A stretch of DNA of 64,000 bases, taken from NCBI GenBank assembly GCA_963674755.2, contig CAXXVS010000002.1:1792001-1856000 (forward strand). The letters run 5' to 3'. Under the pieces are notes generated by a model. It was not told the origin of the DNA, did no database searches, and saw only the letters and a list, made by a program, of their open reading frames with translations. Source of the DNA: Desulfobacterales bacterium. Its GTDB lineage: Bacteria; Desulfobacterota; Desulfobacteria; Desulfobacterales; UBA5852. How positions within the stretch are numbered: position 1 is the stretch's first letter; each line of letters starts with the position of its first letter. The position numbers were made by a program, and so were the translations under genes. Positions 38,086-48,256 of this stretch are shown piece by piece.

Positions 38086-38843
38086 GGGGCCTCCCGAACG
38101 GATTGGTTGAACATGTCGAGCAGCTTGTGGCTGGCGCCGAAGGTTTCGACCGCCTGGTCGATCCAGGCTTCCTGATCGTTCCTGCCGATGGGGGGCGGTG
38201 GTGTCATACCGGGCAAGGTGCAAGCCAGCTTCAGCCACAGGCTGGGCCAGTCGTCATCGCAGTCCGGGTCGCTGTGATCGTCCTGGATGAGAACCCGCGT
38301 CAGGATCCGGCGGAGCACTTCCGGGTAGACCAGGGCCAGGAAACGGTTGTCCGAACTGGCCACCAGGCTGATGTCCTCGGCCCTGCTGTTCAGCCGCAGA
38401 ACGGGCCAGTTGCCGTCGAGGTCCAGGACCCAGATCGTATGGCCCAGGTCCTCATACTCCACGAAAAGGAGGGAATGGCCCCCGGCGGGGAGTTCGTCCA
38501 CACGCTCCGGCCGGATCTGATCGAGGGCGGCCAGGATCTTGCCGTGGGTTCCGCTGCGGTCCACCACCTTGACACGGAAAAGAGGGACGGCCTTGTCGGA
38601 AAAAGACGTCAGCCGGCGGTCCGTTGGGATGCGACGCCGGCCCACGGTGCCGCAATCGAACCGCTGGTAGGCCGTACGGTGGTAAGCTTCCACATAGACG
38701 TGGGCGTTTTCCGGCAGGGCCATCTCTTCCAATTGCAGCCGGAGGTTGAAAAAACGCCGTCCGTCGTTGTCCCGCAGGATGTCGATGCCAACGTGGCTGC
38801 GTTTGATCTTCTTGCGTCCGGTGTAGTTGAACTTGCGTATCAT
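38082..38843 (-). CDS. Hypothetical protein, gene 2 of the GHKL operon (253 aa)
   Basis: Clean globular ORF (MIRKFNYTGRKKI...), co-oriented and tightly spaced with its neighbours. Confidence 0.85.
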   Translation of the reverse strand: MIRKFNYTGRKKIKRSHVGIDILRDNDGRRFFNLRLQLEEMALPENAHVYVEAYHRTAYQRFDCGTVGRRRIPTDRRLTSFSDKAVPLFRVKVVDRSGTHGKILAALDQIRPERVDELPAGGHSLLFVEYEDLGHTIWVLDLDGNWPVLRLNSRAEDISLVASSDNRFLALVYPEVLRRILTRVLIQDDHSDPDCDDDWPSLWLKLACTLPGMTPPPPIGRNDQEAWIDQAVETFGASHKLLDMFNQSVREAP

Positions 38844-38896
38844 AATCTCGTGTGCATCGGCTGTTGCCGGATTGGAAATCGAAGGTCTCTCCCGCT

Positions 38897-40819
38897 TCAG
38901 GGTAGCGTTTTGACCCGCAGATCCCGGTGCGTATCGAAACCGGTTACCGTCAGTCTGAAATCGCCCTGCAGCACCTCGATCTGAACCGCATTCTGCTTGG
39001 CGAGCAGCAGCCGGCAGCCTTCCGAATGGATCCGGACGGGTGCCTGGCCGACATCGAAATCCAGCGTCGTATACTTTTTGAACGGATTGCCGCTGCGCAC
39101 CTCGTAAGCCATCCAGACGGTGATGTAGCGGGGCACTTTCGGGGTTCCGGTCCTGCGCATCAGGCGAAACCCGCCCTTGATGGCACTGAGCCGCAGATAA
39201 GCCGCCCCCTCGACGCCCACGAAGATGTCCTCGGCGCCCTGCCCCGGATCCTCCCCTTTTGCCTTGCGGGACCCCTTACCGGCCGGATCCTCTGTTTTGG
39301 CGCCCAATGCAAAGAGGTGCCGCAGCAGGTTCTTGTCGCGTCCTTTCGGAGGGCGAGTCAGAATTTTTACGATCTCCCGAGGGCTGGTCTTGACGAAATC
39401 CAGCGTGCTCGGCCCGCGAATGTACTTCATCTTGAACTTGCGGGAGTTGCGCTCCCATTCGGTATGGGCCGGGTTTTCGGCATCGCCCAGAAACGAGGAC
39501 AGGGCCGGATCGGTGATGCTGACGATAGCGCGGATCCCTTTGTGTTTGAGCGAGGAAACTTCCGGTATGGTAATGCCCTGCCGGATGAAATGATCCTCGG
39601 CCTTGTCGAGCGCTTCATCCTTTTCCAGATAGACCGCAAAAAACGCCGGGGTGATCGTTTGGCGGCCTTTTTGCTGAAAGCTCAGCGGTACCTGAAAGGC
39701 GAGCCGCCGCCCCTCCATAAAGCACTGCGTCGCACGGGTCAGCTGCTCCATGGCAAACAGGTCCGTGGTCAGTTTCTGGGCCCGACCCTCCGGCGGTGCT
39801 TTCAGCCGAATGTAAGCATCGGACGGCTGCCGGATGGCCCAGCGCGCCAACCCGATCAGCCCGGGCAGTCCCTTTTTGGCCGGCCATTGGGAACGCTTCA
39901 GAATCCCGTCCAGGGAGGCCGCATCGATCTCATAGGCCTTGTCGGCAAACCGCAGCGCGACAATCAAGCGTCCGGATAAAATCGGAAATAGATAGTGCGC
40001 GATGACCGACTGAAGCGTGCCTGAGGGCTGGATATCGCCATCCGGATAGGGGATTAGAATCGAAAGTCCCGGCTTGCCGCGACGCTCGAGACCGAACCGA
40101 CCGACAAAAGCGGCGGTCTGACCTTCGTCCTCCACCGGCAGCGGGAGTGCGCCTTCGAAGCGCCCGAAAAAACCGTAGGGGGAGTAGCGGCGCCCGTTCA
40201 ACTTGTGAATCTTGAGCACGGACTGCCCCATGAGCATGGTGCGCCCATCGTCGCCGCGCACCGTAAGCCCAAAAAAAGTATTGATACGGGAAGCCGCCTG
40301 AAACACCGTTTTGCCGAGCCCCCAACGCCCGATATCGGCTTCGCCCTTGCGGGTGCGGCCGATGTTGCGCCAGAAATAGTAGAAATCGTTGCGCTGCAAG
40401 CCGTCGTCCAGATCGTCGTACTGGCGGATATCTCCCTGCAGTCCGCGTGTGCCGTAGTCTTCGATCAGGAGATAATCGAAATCGTCTTCGAGGGGCGGTA
40501 TATCTTGCAGGCCGGCGTGCCGCACCTGCAAGTGGTCTCCAAGGCCGTCCAGCCATCGGAATTGGGACTCTTTAGCAGCAGGGGGGGCGACAGTCCGTTG
40601 GTGAAAGGCAAAACGGACGGTAACCGGCCCCTCCCCTACGGCTGCATCCAGTGAATTCTGGATCGCTTCGCGCACGAGAGCGTCGTTCAGGCTGCCCAGG
40701 GCCTCGGTGGTAAAGAATTCCCCCTCGATGGGATCGATGTTGATCTCACCGGGCTGCATCTCCCGGAAACGCCATTGGGGTCGGGTTGTTGTGTTCCTAT
40801 GGTGACGATGGACATCCAT
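38897..40819 (-). CDS. GHKL-superfamily (MutL/MORC/Hsp90-like) ATPase-domain protein, 640 aa
   Basis: LVREAIQNSLDA (N box), IEDYGTRGL (G1), GRWGLGK (G2) and PGLSILIP (G3-like). No kinase H-box. Confidence 0.85.
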   Translation of the reverse strand: MDVHRHHRNTTTRPQWRFREMQPGEINIDPIEGEFFTTEALGSLNDALVREAIQNSLDAAVGEGPVTVRFAFHQRTVAPPAAKESQFRWLDGLGDHLQVRHAGLQDIPPLEDDFDYLLIEDYGTRGLQGDIRQYDDLDDGLQRNDFYYFWRNIGRTRKGEADIGRWGLGKTVFQAASRINTFFGLTVRGDDGRTMLMGQSVLKIHKLNGRRYSPYGFFGRFEGALPLPVEDEGQTAAFVGRFGLERRGKPGLSILIPYPDGDIQPSGTLQSVIAHYLFPILSGRLIVALRFADKAYEIDAASLDGILKRSQWPAKKGLPGLIGLARWAIRQPSDAYIRLKAPPEGRAQKLTTDLFAMEQLTRATQCFMEGRRLAFQVPLSFQQKGRQTITPAFFAVYLEKDEALDKAEDHFIRQGITIPEVSSLKHKGIRAIVSITDPALSSFLGDAENPAHTEWERNSRKFKMKYIRGPSTLDFVKTSPREIVKILTRPPKGRDKNLLRHLFALGAKTEDPAGKGSRKAKGEDPGQGAEDIFVGVEGAAYLRLSAIKGGFRLMRRTGTPKVPRYITVWMAYEVRSGNPFKKYTTLDFDVGQAPVRIHSEGCRLLLAKQNAVQIEVLQGDFRLTVTGFDTHRDLRVKTLP

Positions 40820-41187
40820 AGCGAAAAGCCTATCCCCATCTGAATATCGGCTCGACGATTCAATACAATGAAGCTTGATTTCCCAGCATTATGAGGCGTT
40901 GTCAAGTAGCGGATCGGGAGGAATGATGTTGGGGGATCATGGCCCAAAAGTCGGCCTAAGAAATGAATTGAAACTTTTGCCTCAAAGCCCTTTATGCCGG
41001 TCCAGCAGACTGCCCTCATAGTAGCCAACAAACCGACCGTCCTCATCATACCAGAAAGTAAGCGAATAAAGGCAGTTTGACATTTCTATGCGCTCTTTCA
41101 CAGCATACGGCAGAAAAAGCACATCACCGATTAAAATACTACCATTAGCAACTGATTGAATGCTCAGGTTAGGCCGATGGGATGGGG

Positions 41188-42075
41188 TTATAATCCCCCG
41201 GCCTGCTTCAAGTATTCAATAACTTTTTTGCGATTCATTTCCTCCGGCTTCACCCGCGTGGGGTAAGGCCGCATGTTCTCGGCCGCCCACAACGGTGTTT
41301 TGCCCCGGATGTTCCGAATATTCACATCCGCCCCGCTTCCTACAAGCAGTTTTACGATTTCATATCGGCCGTCAATGGCCGCCTGGTGAAGAGGCGTCAT
41401 TTTTCCGATATTCTGGGCATTCACATCGGCGCCGGCGTCAATGAGGATTTTAACGATATCCACATTTCCTCTAAAAACGGCGAGGTGCAGGGCAGTTGTT
41501 TTATCGTTCGTTCGAATATTGACATCAGCTCCGTTGTTGATCAGAAATTGGATATAAAAAATTGGGGAGGAGTTTAAAGCGATCATCAAAGGCGTAAAGC
41601 CGATATTATTTCTTGCATTGACATTTGCACCACGTGAAATTATGAATTTGGCAATATCCAAGCGGGTTCTTCCTGAAAGATCATGTAAGGGCGTCCAACC
41701 ATTCTTGTCTACAAAATTAATGTTGATACCTTCAGATACCAGATATTCAGCCATCTCCAAGGAAATACACCATGAGATGGACAAATTCCCAAAATCATTA
41801 ATCGTATTAACAGGAACCCCCTTATCTAATAGCAGTTTAACTACTTGGATATTGTTGGAATAGACCGCCGTATTAAGCAAATCCAGTTTATTTTCCTTAG
41901 CAATTTTCTTTAAATCACAACCCCTTTGAGCCAATTCCATTATTTTTTCATTCTGAGAATTTTCAACGGATAATATTAATTCATTTCTATCATAGCTGCA
42001 TTCATTACCACATACACCTTTATCAGTCGCAACAATGGCAGCCATAATTTGCACTATTATAATAAACACACGCAT
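41188..42075 (-). CDS. Ankyrin-repeat protein, probable Rhs immunity protein
   Basis: Repeated GxTPLH/TPLM...GADVN units; hydrophobic N-terminus; 14 bp downstream of rhs; AT-rich. Confidence 0.9.
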   Translation of the reverse strand: MRVFIIIVQIMAAIVATDKGVCGNECSYDRNELILSVENSQNEKIMELAQRGCDLKKIAKENKLDLLNTAVYSNNIQVVKLLLDKGVPVNTINDFGNLSISWCISLEMAEYLVSEGININFVDKNGWTPLHDLSGRTRLDIAKFIISRGANVNARNNIGFTPLMIALNSSPIFYIQFLINNGADVNIRTNDKTTALHLAVFRGNVDIVKILIDAGADVNAQNIGKMTPLHQAAIDGRYEIVKLLVGSGADVNIRNIRGKTPLWAAENMRPYPTRVKPEEMNRKKVIEYLKQAGGL

Positions 42076-42089
42076 TGGGATCCGCCTGC

Positions 42090-45000
42090 TTAGAACGTGA
42101 TTCTTACAAAAAAAATTCCCTGATTTAGCTCATCTATACCGCCAATTTCTACCGGTGAAGCATTATAACCGCTTGAATTGTCATAATTCCCAAAGTAGAG
42201 GCCTCTAATGAAGCCATCAATAATTTTCGCAGGATATTCCATAGGTCCTCCAACAGCGGTTCCACCGTTATAGAGTCTTGCCATTAGGGGCCAATTTAAG
42301 CCAGCGCCATCAACAATATATTTGGCCCATCCGCCGCAGTTCTTTCTTAAAAAACCATATCCATTAAACTGCTTTAGACCATCTCCAAACACGCCGGCAT
42401 AATCTTTGCCTCTTTGATCAAAAGATTGGGCAGCTGCTTTAAATAGCTTTTTCTCTTCCTCAAAGTCCTTTGATATAAGAGTTTTTGAAGCCGATCCACC
42501 TGCAGCAGGATTGATATCCGCCAAAATATTATTTAATTCAACATAGCTCTCTGTAGTTATTAGAGTTAACAGCAAATTACCATCTGAGCCTATTGTTTTT
42601 GGATCAACACTGGCTGGATGGAACGAAAATGTTATCCAGTCATCATATTCCTTTGCATTCATCTCTGGGAAGGCTTTTTTCATAAATTCTTGAGTGATGA
42701 GAAATGTACACCATCTTGATCTATCATTCTTGGAAACGCCCTCACCATCCACATGGAAGGCCAAGTAGACATGACCCGCCACTTTCCATAGCTGATTCCA
42801 AAGGTACTCACCTCCTAGTATATTCAACTTTCGATAAGCCGCATAAGAAATCAAGCCCAATTTATCCGCTGAATTAATGCTGTTATTTAGTACGAAATTG
42901 TATAAATTAATTCCTCCCTGATCATTGATCGGATCGCGATTTAGCCAGCGCCCTCGTAAAGGATTGTAGTACCTAAAACCATAGTAATATAAACCTGTTT
43001 CATTATCAAAGTCTTTTGTGCTGAATCTAATTGAGGCCTCTATATTACCTGAAGCCGATACGGTTCTACCAAATGGATCATAGTCAAATGCGCTTAAAAT
43101 AGTACCGTTTTTTTGATCAACTAACTGCCTTACGTTACCATTTGCGTCAAAGCAGTATGTGTAAGTCACCGATCCATTTGTTGTGCTGAGTAATCCCCCT
43201 ACCCCTCCTGCACCTTGTGGAGTGCCGCTTAAATCTAAGTTCCAGACATGATGTTTTTCTGTCGATTTTCCCTCTTTCGTCATTACAGATTCTTTTATAC
43301 AATTCCATCCAAAATATACCGATCTTGACTCCACTTCCAATTTGTATTGGTTTTTGTCATCGTTAAAAAATTTCTTTATTACCTGTCGACCGAGATAATC
43401 ATAAACATATTCAATACGTTTTTGATTTGAATTCAGGCCTTTGAGTTCAATTGCTATCATCCGGTTTTCACCATCCCATGCGTATCGAAAGCGACCATCT
43501 TCAATAAGATTGCCATCCGCATCGTATAGAAGCGATTCCTCTCTCTGTGAGGAATGCGATATCGCTTCGTACTGGTTCAAAACGTTTGCATGATAATAGG
43601 ACTCCTCGCCACCTACGATGGTCTTTACTCGGTTGCCGATCGAGTCATAGTGATAAACCCGCTCCAAGTCGGGCAGCGGCTTGGTTTGATCCTTCAAATC
43701 CTCACCGACGAACCGGCTTGCCTCAGTCACCTCGTTGCGTTCGTTGTAACCGTAAAGCCAAAACCCAGGCGCATCAAAGGCCTCCCCGCTGGACTGAACA
43801 TTGATGCGGCGTCCCAAAGGGTCATAGTCGTAAACGAAGCGTGAGATCAGGCGATCTTTGAAGCGGTTTGTAACGGCAGTTTTGACATCCCGGTGCGGTT
43901 CGTAATCGTAACTGACTGAAAGACCGCTCTTGCTCTCCATGCCGGCCAGACGATCGGACTGGTCCAGATAGCGGTAGGAAACGCCGCCGGTTTCCGTGCC
44001 GGTGCACCAGTCAACTCTGCCAAAACGTCCATTGTCATCATAGCCATAAAAGACTTCGTATCCGTCATCGAGCTCGAAGCCGCTCATTCGTCCCAGATCG
44101 TCATAGTGTCGGTTGATCTGATAGATCTGCTGCCCGACGAGTCCTTCGCTTTCAAGCTGCAAGCTAGCATTGTAAGCAAAATGGTGGATCCCGGCCGCAT
44201 CGCTCACCCTTATCTTGCGGCCCAGCCGGTCGTACGCAAAGACGATATCGGCGGTGTCATCGGAATAGTCGATCTTGAGAAGATCCCCGGTAGCGGGATC
44301 ATAGTGATAGACTGTCTCCAAGGGCCGGCCGTTCTTTCGCCGGGCCCAGACACGGCTGGCCAGTGCGCCGCCTTGACCGTAAGTGTAACGGGTTTTGTTC
44401 CCCCGGGCATCCTCCTTGGCCAGCAGGAGGCCCGTGGCTGGATGATAGTGCCAACGGGTCGGATCCCCCGGTCCTGCATCTTCGGGCCAGGAGGCACTAT
44501 CCCATCCCGAACCATCCCGAAAAGTGCGCATCTCCGCCATTTGCCCATAATCGTCATAGCGGTAGGCCACCGGATAGGGCACTTCCCCCCAGGTGCGGAT
44601 CAATTGTCCGCGGGCATTGTAGGCGTATCGCGTGACCTTGTTGAGGGGGTTGTAGGCGGCAATTTTGTGGCCTGTATCGGGATCGTATTCGAAGCGGGTG
44701 CGGCTGCCGGCCGCATCTTCAATGTATGCCGGGCGTCCTCCTTCGTCGTATTGCAGACGCGAGATGCCCTTGCGGGGATCTTCCACCGCGATACGCCGGC
44801 CCAGGACATCGTATCCGAATGTCCGCGTGATGCCGGTTTTGGTGATCGCCGCGGCCAGACGGCCGTCTACGAAGACCGCTTGAGACGGGAGAGAAGTATC
44901 GGGGGAAAAGATCTTCTGAATCCTCGTGTGTTTGAACCGGTCCAGGGATACCACCGTCCGTGCGGCATTGCCGTGGATGTCGACCGCCACCTGTTCGGCC

Positions 45001-47699
45001 ACGATCCCGTTCCTCCATCCGGTCAGCCGCTGCCTTTGGATGGAAACGGTGGTCTCGATCGCACTCCCCTCCCGGGCCAGAACGCCGTCCTCCAGCTGCC
45101 GCCACCAAGCGCCGTCGATTTCACGGTAGCCTGCCTTGCTGGTGGCAATCCTGTCGGGGGAGGCCGGAACCAGTTTGTCGTTGCCGTCCACATCCAGGCC
45201 GGTCATGGTCCTGTGCCCCAGACTGTCATAGACGTAAAGGGTAGCGGCTCTACCGGGGGATTCGATTCGGATCAAGCGTCCTTTGTCGTCATAGATGCTG
45301 CGGGTGGCCTCGACGCCCTCAAATCCGGGTTTCTCTACTCGCACCACCCGACCGGCGAGGTCCCGAACGGTTTTCTCCCAACGGGGAGAATCCGCTTTGC
45401 CCATATAGACCGTGGTCCACTGATGCCCGTCAGGATCAACCCCATAGCGATAGGTGCGCGCCACCACGGCCGTGCCGCTCAACGACCGAACCCGGCCGTC
45501 CAGATGATAGGCGGTAATTTCGGTTGCCCCCCCGGGCCGGATGGTGGTGGCGACATTGCAGGCATGCGTGTAGCGGGTCACCAAGCCGGCCGGATCGACT
45601 TGCGCGATCAACCGGCCGGCACGGTCATAGCGGCTTTTTTGTGTCAGACGGAGTCCTTCATTGCTCTGCGTGGTGGTCAGCTGGCGGCCGGCCGCATCGT
45701 AGGTTAAGGAGGTCGCCACACCGGTGGCGTCGTTGACCCGGGAGACCAGCCGCTTGAGGTCGTCATAGATAAAGCGGGTAGTGATGCCCTCGATGTTGGT
45801 TTCACTCGCCTTGCCGCAGCAGCCCCAGGCACTCTCGGTGCGCGTGCCGTTGGCGTGCAGGGTTTCGATGACACGTCCCAGACGGTCGTGGGTATTGAGC
45901 TGCCAGTCAATGCGTTCGAAACCGTTTTCCGCGCAGACGAAAGTCTCTTTGAGCTTGTCCCGCCCCATGGCATCGGTAACGATGGTCTCGCGGATGGTCC
46001 GATAGGGAACCCCCTCCGGGTGCGCTTCCGTGCCGTAGGTTACCGTGGTGCGCCGGGCCAACCCCTTGCCCGGGATAAAACGGCATTTGGAAGGCTCCAT
46101 CGCCAGTTCGAAATGGCCGTTTTCATAAGTGTAGCTGGTCAGGAGTCCATCTTCGCTGCGACGGCGTTTGATTTTACCCGCCTCCGGGCCTTTGGTCCTG
46201 GACGGGTAATAGGAGGTCACCAGCTTCAGATTGGCGGGATGCCCATAAGGTCGGCCCTGGGCCGTTGCCCGCTCCGTAATTTCGGTCAGAGTGCCGTCCG
46301 GCTCCCGGATGGTGGCATGGTAAGTACGCGCAGTTTCAACGCCGCAGACGGTCGCGATCACCTTCCGGGGGCGATGCCGGTCCAATCCGGCGCCCCTGTC
46401 CGCCCCATCCACCGGCGCGTAGCTTGTGGTTTCTACCTTTACAGCCTTCTCCGGCGCATCGAAAGGCGTATCCAGGAAAGGCCTCACCTCCCGAATGATC
46501 CGCCCCTCATCGTCGTAGGCAAACCGCACCCAGTCGCCGTCCGGGTCGATCCGTGCGATCAGTTTGCCGTAGCCCGCTCCCGGTGTGGTTTGATACCGGT
46601 ATCGGGTGACCAGCGCCGCCCCCTCCGGGTCGACGGTCTCGCGGATCCGCTTCTCACCGAATGGAAATTTATGCCGGACCGTTTCTTCAATCCTTACCGG
46701 GACACCGTCGGCACCGGCAATTTCGGTGCGCACCACCCGGTCGCCGGCGCTGTCGAAAGATTCGGCCTTGGATTCGATCCTTAGCCCGTTGCCGGAAACA
46801 AGCGACCAGCCGTGTTCGCTGCTTTCATAGCTGTATAAGAATTCCCGCTTTTTGCCGTTCCGGAATTCGGTGACGGCCAGCTTTTCCACCGTATCACCAC
46901 CGGCATCCGGGTTCTCGATACGCCACACCACCAGGGGCACGGCCGTGGGATCGATGCTGTAGAGACCGTCTTCTGTCTGCGGTCCCCGATAGGCGATGTC
47001 ATAGAAGTGGACCTCATATTTCAGCGGCGAGAAACGCACGAAACTCACGATGACCTGAGGCGTCAGGATCTGCGCGAGCTGATCGTCGCGATAGAGGGCT
47101 TTGACGTCACTGCCGGCGCTGTCGACCACCAGCGCCTCGGGGGTGGAAAGGATTGCAAGGGGCTCTTCCGCATAGAGGAGCAGGCTTCCGGCCGGATGGC
47201 CCTGGGTTCCTGTGCCCAGACTGATACGAACATCCACCGAACCATTGGCGACGGCGCCGGCGCCGGCTGTCGAATCGCACGTACCGCTTTGACCGCCGCA
47301 GCCGCAGCCGATTTCGATACGCTTGGTCTTGGGCGCACATCCATCAGCCGATGCCTGGACCTCGATCCAACCCGTGCCGCTGGTTTCGGACACCACCAGA
47401 AGACCGGTGGCGGCATCGAGCTCAACCGTCAAATCGTCGTCCCGGTCGACGACCTTCCAACCCACATGTTGCCTCAGAGCGGAGGGAAAGGTCTCAGCCG
47501 CAAGCTGACCTTGAGTGCCCGGCGGGAGATAAAACTGCTCCTGACCTTCGATATAGATTCTTTCGATGGCCGCCGATTCGGCGACGATCTCTCCGAAGTC
47601 GACCACGGCATAGACCGAAGATGCCATGACGGCCAATAAAGCGAATGCCAGCAACCCTATGACGACAGTCAGTTTTTTAAAATGCATTTTCATTGGCAT
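42090..47699 (-). CDS. Rhs/YD-repeat polymorphic toxin with N-terminal signal peptide
   Basis: Many YD repeats; core end RFSTKDFDNETGLYYYGFRYYNPLRGRWLNRDPI...NLY.F..N...DKLGL; about 250-aa variable tip. Confidence 0.95.
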   Translation of the reverse strand: MPMKMHFKKLTVVIGLLAFALLAVMASSVYAVVDFGEIVAESAAIERIYIEGQEQFYLPPGTQGQLAAETFPSALRQHVGWKVVDRDDDLTVELDAATGLLVVSETSGTGWIEVQASADGCAPKTKRIEIGCGCGGQSGTCDSTAGAGAVANGSVDVRISLGTGTQGHPAGSLLLYAEEPLAILSTPEALVVDSAGSDVKALYRDDQLAQILTPQVIVSFVRFSPLKYEVHFYDIAYRGPQTEDGLYSIDPTAVPLVVWRIENPDAGGDTVEKLAVTEFRNGKKREFLYSYESSEHGWSLVSGNGLRIESKAESFDSAGDRVVRTEIAGADGVPVRIEETVRHKFPFGEKRIRETVDPEGAALVTRYRYQTTPGAGYGKLIARIDPDGDWVRFAYDDEGRIIREVRPFLDTPFDAPEKAVKVETTSYAPVDGADRGAGLDRHRPRKVIATVCGVETARTYHATIREPDGTLTEITERATAQGRPYGHPANLKLVTSYYPSRTKGPEAGKIKRRRSEDGLLTSYTYENGHFELAMEPSKCRFIPGKGLARRTTVTYGTEAHPEGVPYRTIRETIVTDAMGRDKLKETFVCAENGFERIDWQLNTHDRLGRVIETLHANGTRTESAWGCCGKASETNIEGITTRFIYDDLKRLVSRVNDATGVATSLTYDAAGRQLTTTQSNEGLRLTQKSRYDRAGRLIAQVDPAGLVTRYTHACNVATTIRPGGATEITAYHLDGRVRSLSGTAVVARTYRYGVDPDGHQWTTVYMGKADSPRWEKTVRDLAGRVVRVEKPGFEGVEATRSIYDDKGRLIRIESPGRAATLYVYDSLGHRTMTGLDVDGNDKLVPASPDRIATSKAGYREIDGAWWRQLEDGVLAREGSAIETTVSIQRQRLTGWRNGIVAEQVAVDIHGNAARTVVSLDRFKHTRIQKIFSPDTSLPSQAVFVDGRLAAAITKTGITRTFGYDVLGRRIAVEDPRKGISRLQYDEGGRPAYIEDAAGSRTRFEYDPDTGHKIAAYNPLNKVTRYAYNARGQLIRTWGEVPYPVAYRYDDYGQMAEMRTFRDGSGWDSASWPEDAGPGDPTRWHYHPATGLLLAKEDARGNKTRYTYGQGGALASRVWARRKNGRPLETVYHYDPATGDLLKIDYSDDTADIVFAYDRLGRKIRVSDAAGIHHFAYNASLQLESEGLVGQQIYQINRHYDDLGRMSGFELDDGYEVFYGYDDNGRFGRVDWCTGTETGGVSYRYLDQSDRLAGMESKSGLSVSYDYEPHRDVKTAVTNRFKDRLISRFVYDYDPLGRRINVQSSGEAFDAPGFWLYGYNERNEVTEASRFVGEDLKDQTKPLPDLERVYHYDSIGNRVKTIVGGEESYYHANVLNQYEAISHSSQREESLLYDADGNLIEDGRFRYAWDGENRMIAIELKGLNSNQKRIEYVYDYLGRQVIKKFFNDDKNQYKLEVESRSVYFGWNCIKESVMTKEGKSTEKHHVWNLDLSGTPQGAGGVGGLLSTTNGSVTYTYCFDANGNVRQLVDQKNGTILSAFDYDPFGRTVSASGNIEASIRFSTKDFDNETGLYYYGFRYYNPLRGRWLNRDPINDQGGINLYNFVLNNSINSADKLGLISYAAYRKLNILGGEYLWNQLWKVAGHVYLAFHVDGEGVSKNDRSRWCTFLITQEFMKKAFPEMNAKEYDDWITFSFHPASVDPKTIGSDGNLLLTLITTESYVELNNILADINPAAGGSASKTLISKDFEEEKKLFKAAAQSFDQRGKDYAGVFGDGLKQFNGYGFLRKNCGGWAKYIVDGAGLNWPLMARLYNGGTAVGGPMEYPAKIIDGFIRGLYFGNYDNSSGYNASPVEIGGIDELNQGIFFVRITF

Positions 47700-47824
47700 A
47701 TCAACGGGTTTAGTGAGTATTCAGTCTGCAGTTGCAAAAACGATCAACCCTGTAGAACGCAGGGCGCAACGGATGCCGTACCCTTGGAAACTCCGTCCGG
47801 AGCGTTCCATGGATGACAGCTTTG

Positions 47825-47839
47825 GCAATTAACGTACCA
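47825..47839 (-). promoter_or_regulatory. Sigma54 promoter upstream of rhs
   Basis: Minus strand reads TGGTACG-TTAA-TTGC. Confidence 0.7.
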
Positions 47840-48217
47840 ATATTGCTGCCTTGTGATTTCAATATGTTAGAGCAGTGCGATGCGCGCGACTGCCTCAATA
47901 GCAGTGCATTGCACCCTTAAAAGTGTGCGGTGCTTCTCGGGGTTTCATTGGATGATGGCGGTGAAAGGGGAATGGGATCTGAGATGACATCGGTGCCGCT
48001 TTGAACCGGACCGGGCTCGATAGAGCAGGGGCTGCACCGTGGCTCCGCCCACGACATCACCAGGGGAAGGGTTACGGTCCTCTGTCGGGCCGTCTTTATC
48101 TAACGCGGATTATCAAATTGGTTCAGGGGGCGTAATGTATTCCGCGTCAATCAGCGTTCAGGACATGCCGTTCCATGTCTTTGTTCGCGATCTTTGCGGC
48201 TTTAAGGGAACATGGAC

Positions 48218-48256
48218 AAAAAATCCGGCCTCCTCGGGCCACCAAGGAGCCGGTTT
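48218..48256 (-). terminator. Intrinsic terminator
   Basis: Minus strand: accggctccttgg-tggc-ccgaggaggccgga-tttttt. Confidence 0.7.

Noticed and set aside
38897..40819. Histidine kinase, gyrase B, MutL or Hsp90 orthologue
   Set aside because: Only the shared GHKL boxes are present; there is no H-box, TOPRIM or other family-specific motif.
44106..45707. 533-aa plus-strand ORF
   Set aside because: Antisense shadow of rhs.
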